DNA of 64,000 nt from Candidatus Poribacteria bacterium (GTDB taxonomy: Bacteria > Poribacteria > WGA-4E > WGA-3G). The DNA is taken from assembly GCA_965214095.1 (NCBI GenBank), contig OZ243938.1:2336001-2400000 (forward strand). Direction: 5' to 3'. Shown piece by piece: positions 49,598 through 59,798 of the stretch. Both the position numbers and the translations under genes were made by a program. The notes below the pieces were generated by a model. The model saw only the letters and a list, made by a program, of their open reading frames with translations, was not told the DNA's origin and made no database searches. Numbering within the stretch: the first letter of the stretch is position 1; each line of letters opens with the position of its first letter.

Positions 49598-50013
49598 TAT
49601 TTACCTCGCTGGTTCTCTACATACTTGCGAAGCACTTCTAAAGTGATACCCCCTGTGGAGGCGATAAATTTAGAACGCGTCCAAAGCGAGGGAATACGAG
49701 ATTTCAGAGAGGGATACTCATCACGCAACACACGAGAAGTCCAACCTTTGATCCTGCCAACGACAGATGCAGGAGCGAGTTGGGGACTGCTACTCATCAG
49801 AATATGAACATAGTCATCCATCACTTCACAGGCGTGCACTTCATACCCATAAACCTCTTGTTGTTCATAGATCAGTGTTTTGAGCCGTTCAGCAATAGGA
49901 GAGACAAGCACAGGACGACGATATTTTGTGCACCAAATCACATGGTAATCACAACTATAGACTAAAGAATGAGTTGATTTATAGGTAGAGGGTTTTTCTT
50001 TAATTTCTAACAT
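49597..50013 (-). CDS. tnpA: Y1 HUH transposase TnpA (HUH altered to YVH)
   Basis: 'YHVIWCTKYRR', 'MDDYVHIL', 'SLWTRS', 'KYVENQ'. Confidence 0.92.
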   Translation of the reverse strand: MLEIKEKPSTYKSTHSLVYSCDYHVIWCTKYRRPVLVSPIAERLKTLIYEQQEVYGYEVHACEVMDDYVHILMSSSPQLAPASVVGRIKGWTSRVLRDEYPSLKSRIPSLWTRSKFIASTGGITLEVLRKYVENQRGK

Positions 50014-50864
50014 GTTATCTATTTATTTATTAGATATATGTTATATATAATAACATATATTTAGTTAATAGTCAAACATATTTGGGCTAAAGCAAAGAAA
50101 AGTCCTCATATCCCAAGTCTAAAGACTTGGGCTTCAAGGACTATGAGAGGTGAAGCCAATCTTGCGCATCGGGATGACTTGAAAACTCACCACACGAAAG
50201 CGTATCACACTCCCCAACCTTATTATTATCAAGGTAAACGTCAATATGTATGTTTGGACGTTGACCTTGTCCATCTTTCCATTCTACATTTAGTGTTATG
50301 GGAATTGGTGCTTTCATCGGCGTAACTTCATAGTTTTCCCAATCCAAAAACACCTCGCCATCAGACCTTCTGTAACCGTTATATCCTAACAATCCCTGAA
50401 CATGATCAAGCGCATCCGAAAGATATGCATGTTCAAAATGAAAGAATCGATATCGATCATTTTGTGAAAAAGCAAAGATACGAGATACATTACATGTCTT
50501 GAAGTATTCCTCAACCTTTTCAAGTACAGCTTGGCCAGCGTTTCTCTCACCACGTTCATAACCCAAGAACCGAATAAAACCGACATCCTCTTCCTCATTT
50601 TCTGCCTTTAGACTCAGAACGGTGTGAACATAGGCTTTAATTGTGTCGTTAGACCTCGCTATGAATACTCTTTCAACGTTATGTTCTTCTCCACCTCTAC
50701 GATATTCACCAGTGACAACACTGTTCATAGCAAGTGCAAATTCATCCTCCTTGACAGGATAACAGTGCGGTACATCAGATGTCAGTTCATTATAGAATTC
50801 CGTCAAGGAGGATAGCAAATCAGGTGTATATTCCAAAATTTCCATCTATTATTTCAATCCTCTC

Positions 50865-53090
50865 TTATTCAACATCCCACAACAGAATAGTACCATCATG
50901 ACTACCACTCGCAAGTGTCTTGCCATCAGGACTAAATGCAATTGAACTAATCCCATCTGAATGTCCAGTAAGTGTTTTGAGACGTTCTCCTGTGTTGGAA
51001 TTCCATATTATTGCAGTCGCATCCACACTACTTGCCGTAGCCATTTTCTGCCCATTATGGGAAAAACTCACATCACTGATAGTACCACCCCCACAAGATT
51101 CAAGACTTACATGTCCAGCTAAACTCTTTAAATGCTGTCTATTGAAAATATCAAATAAACTCACATAACTACTGTTTCCATCTACAATTGCAATTATCTT
51201 TCCATCGGGTGAAGAACTCACAGAACTTATAGCACCTGAGAAACTCAGGTCTTTAATATGCTGTCCAGACAATCCATCCCATAAAAATGCTCCATCCTCA
51301 TCACTTTCTTCATATATACTTGTGACAATTGTATTCGCATTCTTTGAAAAGTATGCCCCGTCAATCCGACCTGAAATTCCAGTGATGGTTCTGATAAGTT
51401 GTCCTGTGATAGGATCCCATAGTTGGGTAGTCATATCCGGGCTGCTACTTATGATAATTGAACCATCAATGGAATATTCTACTTGATGGAGTTCACCTCT
51501 TATATCAGCAATAGTATTGAGAAGTTGACCGGTGTTTGCATCCCATATCAAGATAATACTGTCATTACCTCTACCAGCAATTGTTTTTCCATCAGGTGAA
51601 ATGTGTACTTGCTTAATATAGTTCCAACGTTCCATCAATCTATTGATGAGTTCTCCTGTATCAATATCCCACAAATACACATTCATCTTAATGCTTTGGG
51701 TTATGAAAGTATTTCCATTAGGAGAAAAGTAAAGGGTGCGAACACGTCCATCAATTTCATTGAGTTTATGTTTTTCATTGAGTTTATGCTGTTTGTATAA
51801 CTTTCCAGTGTTGTAATCATGCAAACGTAATGTGTTGTCATAACTCCAACTTGCTATTGTATTTCCATCTGGGGTAATGGTTATATCGGATATGCCCTCG
51901 TTATACCCATCATATATCTTCAGGGGTTGTCCTGTAATAGCATTCCATAGATGAACTGTGTTATCTTCGTCTTTACTGAGTAAAGTCATTCCATCTGGAG
52001 AAAAATCAATTTTGTTTATTTGACTTGAATGTCCAGTAAGCGGCATCAGATGCATTCTCTGTTTAGCTGCCCATAGATGTATCGTTCCGTCAGATCCACC
52101 TGTAGCAATAATCCTGCCGTTATCAGAAAAACATAAAGTGCATATCTTACTACCGTGATTTCCGACAAGACTACTGATGTATTTTCCCGTGTTTGCATCC
52201 CATAAATCAACCCTAACATCAGTTTTATGTATGGTCGCAAGAGTATTCCCATCGGGTGAAAAGAACATACTGGAATGGCCCTTATCATTTGTTTTCTGTC
52301 TGGACCTTTTTAGTTGATTCCACTCCTCAGAGTTGATATTCCTAAAATACACATTCCCCACGCTCGGATGTCTACTACATAAGATGAAAAGGGTTCTACC
52401 GTTTGGAGAAAATTGAACATCTTCGATTTTGCCATCATGTTGAGATTCAGCGGGTGTGTTGATAGTTTTGAGATGCTGTGCTGTTGCAACATCCCACAAC
52501 TTTATTCTCCGATACTGCCAAGTTAGTAATGTCTTGTTATCTGGTGAAAAACATCGATTATAGAAACGGTTGGTAGATTCAGATATTGTGTTTATATGTT
52601 TTCCTGATTTGACATCATATAATCTAAGCGTTGTCTGAAAATATGTAAATTTTTCTGCACACTGTACTGCAATCATCCTTCCATTTGGAGAGAAGACTGG
52701 ATCATGAAGACCAAAAGCATCAGCAGAGAGTGTATGTATGTGATTACCTGTATTTGTATCCCATAATAAAATACTACCATTTGGATTCTCTGTGGCGAAA
52801 GTATTTCCATCAGCTGAAAAGTGGATTATGTCCACTCCATTTGTGTGATCAGTAAGTCTATATAACCTTTCACCAGTAATAGAGTCATAAATCCAAGTCC
52901 CGATTGAAGTTGCGATTGCAAACCGAGTGCCATCAGGAAAATATGCGATTTCACCCAATGTGCCTTGACCGATGCGGAGTTTCGCTCCTTCTGGTAAATT
53001 TGTATTTGCGGTTTCTTGTGCGTGGACATGATGTGTGACGAATAAAAATAGACATATTAAAGTAAGGATGAACAGATGTCTTGTTTTCAT
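50865..53090 (-). CDS. Secreted WD40-repeat protein
   Basis: Signal peptide; 'LPEGAKLRIG'; many 'FSPDG...LWD' repeats. Confidence 0.92.
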   Translation of the reverse strand: MKTRHLFILTLICLFLFVTHHVHAQETANTNLPEGAKLRIGQGTLGEIAYFPDGTRFAIATSIGTWIYDSITGERLYRLTDHTNGVDIIHFSADGNTFATENPNGSILLWDTNTGNHIHTLSADAFGLHDPVFSPNGRMIAVQCAEKFTYFQTTLRLYDVKSGKHINTISESTNRFYNRCFSPDNKTLLTWQYRRIKLWDVATAQHLKTINTPAESQHDGKIEDVQFSPNGRTLFILCSRHPSVGNVYFRNINSEEWNQLKRSRQKTNDKGHSSMFFSPDGNTLATIHKTDVRVDLWDANTGKYISSLVGNHGSKICTLCFSDNGRIIATGGSDGTIHLWAAKQRMHLMPLTGHSSQINKIDFSPDGMTLLSKDEDNTVHLWNAITGQPLKIYDGYNEGISDITITPDGNTIASWSYDNTLRLHDYNTGKLYKQHKLNEKHKLNEIDGRVRTLYFSPNGNTFITQSIKMNVYLWDIDTGELINRLMERWNYIKQVHISPDGKTIAGRGNDSIILIWDANTGQLLNTIADIRGELHQVEYSIDGSIIISSSPDMTTQLWDPITGQLIRTITGISGRIDGAYFSKNANTIVTSIYEESDEDGAFLWDGLSGQHIKDLSFSGAISSVSSSPDGKIIAIVDGNSSYVSLFDIFNRQHLKSLAGHVSLESCGGGTISDVSFSHNGQKMATASSVDATAIIWNSNTGERLKTLTGHSDGISSIAFSPDGKTLASGSHDGTILLWDVE

Positions 53091-53148
53091 ATTATCCCTT
53101 TCCTTCTATTATAGTCCTCAAATCTGGAAAATTTTAGATGAATTTGAC

Positions 53149-55227
53149 CTAATTACCCATTTCAGAATCTGTTACATCCCACAACAGAATTGTGCCATCG
53201 AGACTACCACTTGCAAGTGTCTTGCCATCAGGACTAAATGCAATTGAACTAATCCCATCTGAATGTCCAGTAAATGTTTTTAAGTGCTTTCCCTCTTCGG
53301 TTGACCAGAGACGAACAGTTTTGTCATCACTTCCGGATGCAATGGTATTTCCATCATTGGAAAAGCGTACTCCTTGAATAATACCTCCATCACGGTGTGA
53401 AAAACCCAAATGCCCAGAATAGGTATTGATAATGTCTCCGTTGTTGACATCCCGTAATTCTAAAGTTGAATTATAAGTATCAGATGTAACAAACATGTTG
53501 CCATTGGGCGAAAAACATTGAACTGAATGAACTGAAATCCCTCGTCCATAATATATCTCTCTAAGGAGTTGGCCAGAGTCAACGTTAGATAGAGACAAGA
53601 AACTATCGCCAATTCCGCCATCATCAACTTCTTCATGATACATATCAATTATAAGATCCCCATCAGGTGAAAGCAGATAGCCATTGATAGTTTTGAGGTG
53701 ATTACCAGTTTTAGCATCCCATAGATGCACTGTATTGTTATCACAATGACCAACAACTTTTTGTCCATTTGTCGTAAAGCAAACACTTCTAACAGAAGTT
53801 TTATGTCCTATAAGAGTTTTTTTGAGGTTGCCATTACTTGTATCCCATAGTCGTATAGTTTCATCTGAACTGCCGCTAGCAATAGTTTGTCCATTAGGTG
53901 AGAAACATACACTAAAGATTTCATCGGTATGTCCAGTAAGAGACTTCATAAGTTGACCTGTACTTGCATTCCACAGACGGACTTTGTTGTCCGAACTTCC
54001 ACTTGCAATTGTATTGCCATCTGGTGAAAATGAAACGGTTCTAACACCTTCCGTATAACCATCAAGTGTTTTGAGTAGTTCTCCTGAAAGCGCATCCCAG
54101 AGTCGCACCGTCCTATCCTCCCCCTTGCTCAGAAGTGTAATTCCATCTGGTGAAAAGAGGACAGAATCTACACTTCCCTCATGTCCAGAGAGTTTTACAA
54201 GTTCTGATCCTGTATTAGTAGACCATAGACATATCGTGCCATCAGCACCACCGGCTGCGATAATTATCCCATTTGGAGAAAAGCAGATGCTATACACACT
54301 GCCACCTGCATCCCTAATAAGAGTGTTAAGTTTATTTCCTGTGGTCACTTCCCATAGGTACACCTCTCTACTTGATATGTCTCCTGTAGCAATTATTTCT
54401 CCATCTGGTGAAAATCGGACGGTGGTTAATGAATTAATATCCTGATGGTCAAGAGTATTTAGGAGTTGTCCGGTCTTAGAATTCCATAAACGCACCGTAA
54501 AATCCTGACCACCTGTAGCAATTATTTTTCCATCTGGTGAAAACTGGACGGTGTTAACACTATCTTCATGTGCTGTGAAAGTTTTTACGAGTTGTCCAGT
54601 AACGACATTCCAAAGACTCACGTCCAATGAGCCTAATTTCCAGGTAGCTATACTTTTTCCATCTGGTGAAAAGCATTTGTTATAGAAAGAGAAAGCATTA
54701 TTTGATTCTGCAAGTGTGTTTAGTAGTTTACCTGTACTGACATCCCACAAATTTATTGTCTTGTTTGATCTGCCAGAAGGTGTTCCACTTGATGTAGCAA
54801 CTATTTCTCCATCTGGCGAAAATAACGCTCTATAGTGTCCTTTTCCATCGCGTTCAAGTTTTCTTGAGAGTTTTCCTGTGGAAGCATTCCATAACAACAC
54901 AGTTTCATCTGAAACTTCAGTAGCGATAGTTTTACCATTGGGTGAAATAGATACGTTTTTTATTCCATTTACCCGACTTTTATGGTCATAGAGTTGGTAT
55001 AACCTTTCACCAGTAATAGAGTCGTATATCCAAGTCCCGATTGAAGTTGCGATTGCAAACCGAGTGCCATCAGGAAAATATGCGATTTCACCTAATGTGC
55101 CTTGACCGATGCGGAGTTTCGCACCTTCAGGTAAATTCGCAATTGAAGATTTCTGCGCATATACATTCATTGAGAATAACGTTAAAAGTAAGCAGAAGCA
55201 TAAGATAGATCGGTTTATTATTTGCAT
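53149..55227 (-). CDS. Secreted WD40-repeat protein
   Basis: Same architecture as the neighbour; AGGAGG RBS. Confidence 0.92.
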   Translation of the reverse strand: MQIINRSILCFCLLLTLFSMNVYAQKSSIANLPEGAKLRIGQGTLGEIAYFPDGTRFAIATSIGTWIYDSITGERLYQLYDHKSRVNGIKNVSISPNGKTIATEVSDETVLLWNASTGKLSRKLERDGKGHYRALFSPDGEIVATSSGTPSGRSNKTINLWDVSTGKLLNTLAESNNAFSFYNKCFSPDGKSIATWKLGSLDVSLWNVVTGQLVKTFTAHEDSVNTVQFSPDGKIIATGGQDFTVRLWNSKTGQLLNTLDHQDINSLTTVRFSPDGEIIATGDISSREVYLWEVTTGNKLNTLIRDAGGSVYSICFSPNGIIIAAGGADGTICLWSTNTGSELVKLSGHEGSVDSVLFSPDGITLLSKGEDRTVRLWDALSGELLKTLDGYTEGVRTVSFSPDGNTIASGSSDNKVRLWNASTGQLMKSLTGHTDEIFSVCFSPNGQTIASGSSDETIRLWDTSNGNLKKTLIGHKTSVRSVCFTTNGQKVVGHCDNNTVHLWDAKTGNHLKTINGYLLSPDGDLIIDMYHEEVDDGGIGDSFLSLSNVDSGQLLREIYYGRGISVHSVQCFSPNGNMFVTSDTYNSTLELRDVNNGDIINTYSGHLGFSHRDGGIIQGVRFSNDGNTIASGSDDKTVRLWSTEEGKHLKTFTGHSDGISSIAFSPDGKTLASGSLDGTILLWDVTDSEMGN

Positions 55228-55241
55228 AGCCGCGTGTCCTC

Positions 55242-57172
55242 CTATTTCTTTTTAGGAACATCCCACAACAGAATAGTACCATCAAGACTACCACTTGCAA
55301 GTGTCTTCCCATCAGGACTAAATGCTAAAGTTTCAACAGACCATTTATGTCCTGAAAAGGTATGCTGTTTCTTCCCAGTTTCTATATCCCATATATGTAT
55401 CATACTGCTTCTCCCTACTCCAGCAATAGTCTTTCCATCTGGAGAATATGCAAGATTCTCGATCATACTACCCATCATATCAAGGTGAAATTCCTGTAGA
55501 TCCCCGCATTTAATCTATCTTCAATATTAAATGGTAGTTCAAGTGTCTGAATACATTCTCCGCTGACTGTATGCCACAACTTAATTTGTGAACCTGATGT
55601 AGCAAGCAATACACCATTTGGTGAATAGGCAATAGACCACCCATTTCCTGTTTTGGGAAGTGTGAGTTTTTCCACTCCGGTTTTAACATCCCACAAACGC
55701 ACCATGCCGTTAAATCCACCACTTGCTAACGTCAGATTATCAGGAGAAAATGCAACCGAAAATGCCCGTCCCTTTTCTTCAACCAATGTATGTATTACTT
55801 CACCGTTTTCAGCATTCCATATACGCATTGTATGGTCATTTCCCGCACTTGCTAACATACTACCGTCTGAGGAAAACGCTATTGAACGGATTTCATCTGT
55901 ATGCCCTTTAAGGGTTATTATGTGCTCAGCAGTAGTATAATTCCATAAATTGATAATCCCTTTCCAATCCGCGCCAGCGACTGTGCGATTATCAGGAGAA
56001 AATGCTAAAGAAGCTATAGTTGCTGACACACTTTGTTGATGTCCTTTAATGGTTTCTTTATGTTTTCTGGTTTCTACATCCCACAATGAAATCCTTGATC
56101 CAAATGTGCTTGCTAAAGTTGTTCCATCTGTAGAGAACGCAAGTGCATACACATTTGTTGTATGACCTTTGATTGTCAAAATGTTTTTACCACTATCAAG
56201 GTTCCAAAAATATATTCTACCACCCCAGTCCATACCAACAAGAGTTTTCTTATCTGGAGAATATAGGAGTTCAGAAACGCCACCCTCTGGAATGTGAATT
56301 GTTTCTTCAACTATTCCTGTGGAAACATTCAATAACTCAATCTCGCTTTTGTGATAGACACTATACGCTAAAATGTTACCATCTGGACTATACGCAACAG
56401 TTCCATAACTATCTTCACGTTTAGTAAGAATCTTTTTCTGTTTTCCAGTGTTAGTATCCCACAAGCGAATTGTACCGTCACCACTTACACTTACAAGCGT
56501 TTTCCCATCTGGTGAAAATGCAAGCGTAAGAATCCAATCGGTATGTCCAACGAATTCATGCTTAATTTGTCCATCGTCAACATTCCATGACAGAACTGTG
56601 TTGTTTAACGCGGAACCCGCCACTGTTTTTCCATTTGGTGAAAACTCTACTGATGTAATTTGTTGTGAAAATCCTGAGAGAGTATGTTTACGTTCTCCAG
56701 TACTTACATCCCACAGTTTGATATTACCATCTTGATCTCCACTGACGAGTGTAAGACCATCTGGAGAAAACGCTAATGCACGAACATCCCTTTTATTTCC
56801 TGAAAGTACTATGTGCTCACCTGTCAGTGTATCCCATAGTCGAATTGATTTGTCATTTCCTAATCCACCGCTACTTGCAATTGTTATCCCATCTGGTGAG
56901 TATGCAACAGAACGCACGGCAGTTTTGTGTCCAGTAAAAAGCGTAATTGCATCACCGGTGTGTGTATCATATAACCAAATCCCAATCATACTTGCCACTG
57001 CTAGCTGTTTTCCACTTGGAGAAATCGCAATATCCTCTATAGAACCTTTTCCAAGTCGCGCTTTTGCTCCCTCAGGTAAACCCAACGGAGTAACATCTTG
57101 GGCAGAGGTGTTCAGCAGAAATAACGCACAAAGCAACAATATGGTTATTATGTATTGATGTATTGTTTTCAT
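55242..57172 (-). pseudogene. Secreted WD40-repeat protein with a frameshift near 55502-55505
   Basis: One extra G in GCGGGGATC joins ORFs 55475-57172 and 55242-55478 (...NAGDLQEFHLDMMGS...), collinear with paralogue 57531-59501. Confidence 0.8.
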
Positions 57173-57314
57173 TTTACGCACTCCCTTGACGAATAGGTTA
57201 TACCATTTTAATAAAATAACGAGTTGTGCTAAATAACTAATTGTTAAATAGCGTGTCACATTAGCGGGTGGATTTGACCGGACTTCTTTTTCTTTGTACG
57301 ATCTTTAGTCCCGT

Positions 57315-57488
57315 ATGAAGATTAATTGGGTAATTCTCATTTTCTCAAACCCGGTAGGCGCGGTTTCCTAAACCAATGCAGAATACCACACGCGTATTCT
57401 GGCATAGGCAACAATTTGGTGGTTCGGTTAGGAAACCGTACCTACCGGCCTGGGAAAACGCCTAATGGACACTAAATTGATGCCTATG
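57315..57488. mobile_element. Chimeric remnant: MITE-G left half plus short MITE-B (57403-57488)
   Basis: TATGAAGATTAA...CCCGGTAGG; CATAGGCAACAATTTGG...CTAAATTGATGCCTATG. Confidence 0.6.
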
Positions 57489-57530
57489 CCTTGTATTTCT
57501 CAAATCTGGACCGTAACAGTTCACATTGAC

Positions 57531-59501
57531 CTAATTTTCCGTTTCAGTATTTGTGACATCCCATAACAGAATTGTTCCGTTACTACTTCCACTTGCAAGT
57601 GTCTTGCCATCTGGTGAAAACGCTATTTGTCCAATTCGGTAAAAAACTGATTTATGTCCTGTATAGGTATGTATTGCTTTTTGAGTTTCAATGTCCCACA
57701 ATCGAATTAACCCATTTTCACGTAATACTGCGAGTGTATTTCCATCTGGAGAAAAGACTAACTTCTGTGCTTGATCCATCATATTTTCGTGAATTTCTAT
57801 CATTTTTTCTGGATCTCCCGCTGCTAATTGCATTTTCTCTCCCATGTTTTTCATCGGGTTGTGATCCAGGGTTAGGATATTTTCACCAGTCTTGGCATGC
57901 CACAATTGAATACTCCTCCCTGTTGTTGCAAGCAATATTCCATTCGGAGAATACGCAATTGAGAAACCGTTTCCAGTCTTTGGTATAGTCAATTTCTGTT
58001 CTCCGGTGGTAACATCCCATAAACGCACAACTCCTTTAGAATAACTACTTGCTAACGTCAGGTTATCAGGAGAAAATGCGACTGCATATACCTTTTCCGC
58101 TTCCTCTACAAGTGTATGTATCTGTTCACCGTTCGCTGTATTCCAAATATGGATTGTGTGGTCATTTCCGGCAACTGCTAACATACCGTCTGAGGAAAAT
58201 GCAATTGATTGGATCCACTCAGTAGGTACTTCCAGTTGATGTTTCTGTTCTCCAGTAATATAATCCAATATACTGATAACACCTTTCCCATGTGTACTTG
58301 CTATCGTCCTAAAATCAGGAGAAAATGCCAAAGAACCTATGGAAGCGAATGCATTCTGATTAACTTTAACTTTAAGAGTTTCCTTATGTGATAGGGTATC
58401 TACATCCCACAGATCAATCCCATATCCAGATGTACTCGCTAATGTTTTTCCATCTGAAGAATATGCAATGGTACGGACAGATGACTGATGTCCATCTATA
58501 CTCAATTTGTTTTTCTTTGTTTTAATGTCCCAAAAATATATCCTACCACCCCAACCCATACTAACAAGAGTATTCTTTTCTGGTGAATATAGAACTCTTG
58601 AAACACCACCTTTTGGTATTTGAATTGTTTGTTCAACTTTTCCTGTGGATACATTCAAGAACTCAATTTTCCTACCCAGTTGAATACCACATGCAAGGAG
58701 GCTGTCATCTGGACTAAAAGTCACCGTTTGAATTTCATTTCTTTGATTTGTAAGAATTATTTTCTGTTGTCCAGTGACAGTATCCCACAAGCGAATTGAA
58801 CCGTCTTGACTTCCACTTGCAAGAGTTGTACCATCTGGTGAAAACGCAAGAGTCAGCACCCAATCGGTATGTCCGTTATATTGGTGCTTAATCTCTCCAT
58901 CGTCAACATTCCATGACAGAATAGTACTGTCTAACGCGCCAGCTGCCACAGTTTTTCCATCTGGTGAAAACACTACTGACATAACTTGTGATGTATACCC
59001 AACAAGATTCTGTTTACGTTCTCCAGTGTTCATATCCCACAATATAACATTACCATCGTTATCTCCACTTACAAGTGTGTTGCCATCTGGAGAAAAGTCT
59101 AATGTCCGAAAATCTCCACTACCCCCTGAATATAGAACTCTGTTTTTACCTGTCTCTGTATCCCAAAGTCGTAATGATTTGACACGACCTAATCCACTAC
59201 CACTTGCAACAGTTTTTCCATCTGGTGAGAAGGCAACGGCACGTACGGTGGTCTTGTGCTCAGTAAAGAGTGCAATTTCATCACCAGTTTGCGTATCATA
59301 TAGCCAGACCCCAATTGCACTTGCGACTACCAACTGTTTTCCATCTGGAGAAATCGATATATCATGAATAGAGCTTTTCCCAATTCGCGCTTTGGCTCCT
59401 TCTGGCAAACCAAACTGTGTCGCATCTTTAGCAGATACGTTCAGCAAAAACAACGCACAAAGTAAGAATGTGGTTATTATGTATTGATGTATTGTTTTCA
59501 T
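57531..59501 (-). CDS. Secreted WD40-repeat protein
   Basis: Paralogue of 55242-57172 (MKTIHQYIIT start). Confidence 0.92.
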   Translation of the reverse strand: MKTIHQYIITTFLLCALFLLNVSAKDATQFGLPEGAKARIGKSSIHDISISPDGKQLVVASAIGVWLYDTQTGDEIALFTEHKTTVRAVAFSPDGKTVASGSGLGRVKSLRLWDTETGKNRVLYSGGSGDFRTLDFSPDGNTLVSGDNDGNVILWDMNTGERKQNLVGYTSQVMSVVFSPDGKTVAAGALDSTILSWNVDDGEIKHQYNGHTDWVLTLAFSPDGTTLASGSQDGSIRLWDTVTGQQKIILTNQRNEIQTVTFSPDDSLLACGIQLGRKIEFLNVSTGKVEQTIQIPKGGVSRVLYSPEKNTLVSMGWGGRIYFWDIKTKKNKLSIDGHQSSVRTIAYSSDGKTLASTSGYGIDLWDVDTLSHKETLKVKVNQNAFASIGSLAFSPDFRTIASTHGKGVISILDYITGEQKHQLEVPTEWIQSIAFSSDGMLAVAGNDHTIHIWNTANGEQIHTLVEEAEKVYAVAFSPDNLTLASSYSKGVVRLWDVTTGEQKLTIPKTGNGFSIAYSPNGILLATTGRSIQLWHAKTGENILTLDHNPMKNMGEKMQLAAGDPEKMIEIHENMMDQAQKLVFSPDGNTLAVLRENGLIRLWDIETQKAIHTYTGHKSVFYRIGQIAFSPDGKTLASGSSNGTILLWDVTNTETEN

Positions 59502-59798
59502 TTTACACGTTCCTTGACGAATAGGTTGGATTAGGTGATCATAGGTAAACAGTATGGTTTATCGTCTGAACCAGGATCTTCCATATCAATGGTATGAATG
59601 CCTTCTTGGTATTCATTGGGATTTGCAGATAGCCAGGATTGTATCTATCAATGCCATTTTCTCAGTCTAACCGCATTAGACTTTTAGTAGTTTCGGATCA
59701 GTATATTCTTCAATGGAACTTTGATATTTCATTCTATAATCCTGGCCATCTGTCCATCCTAGTTCAGACAAAAGAGGAAGCCTTGATCCAACAAACAC

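Larger units (their letters stand above)
48330..50149 (-). mobile_element. IS200/IS605-family element (tnpA + tnpB, ~1820 bp, no TSD)
   Basis: Subterminal hairpins CCCAAGTCT-TT-AGACTTGGG (50112-50131) and CCAAAGGCCTTTAGGCTTGGG (48338-48358); ends fixed to +/-1 nt by the interrupted gene. Confidence 0.9.
48108..50845 (-). pseudogene. GNAT acetyltransferase split by an IS200/IS605 element (5' part 50150-50845, 3' part 48108-48329)
   Basis: Joining gives ...QDWLH|TVWLGIEEEFQGQGLGRYLL...NYRALLFYSNCGY...ASN* in frame, with the acetyl-CoA motif in the 3' part. Confidence 0.88.

Noticed and set aside
50865-59501. Diversity-generating retroelement TR/VR pair in the WD40 C-termini
   Set aside because: No reverse transcriptase in the window, both copies are coding, and the mismatches are not adenine-specific.
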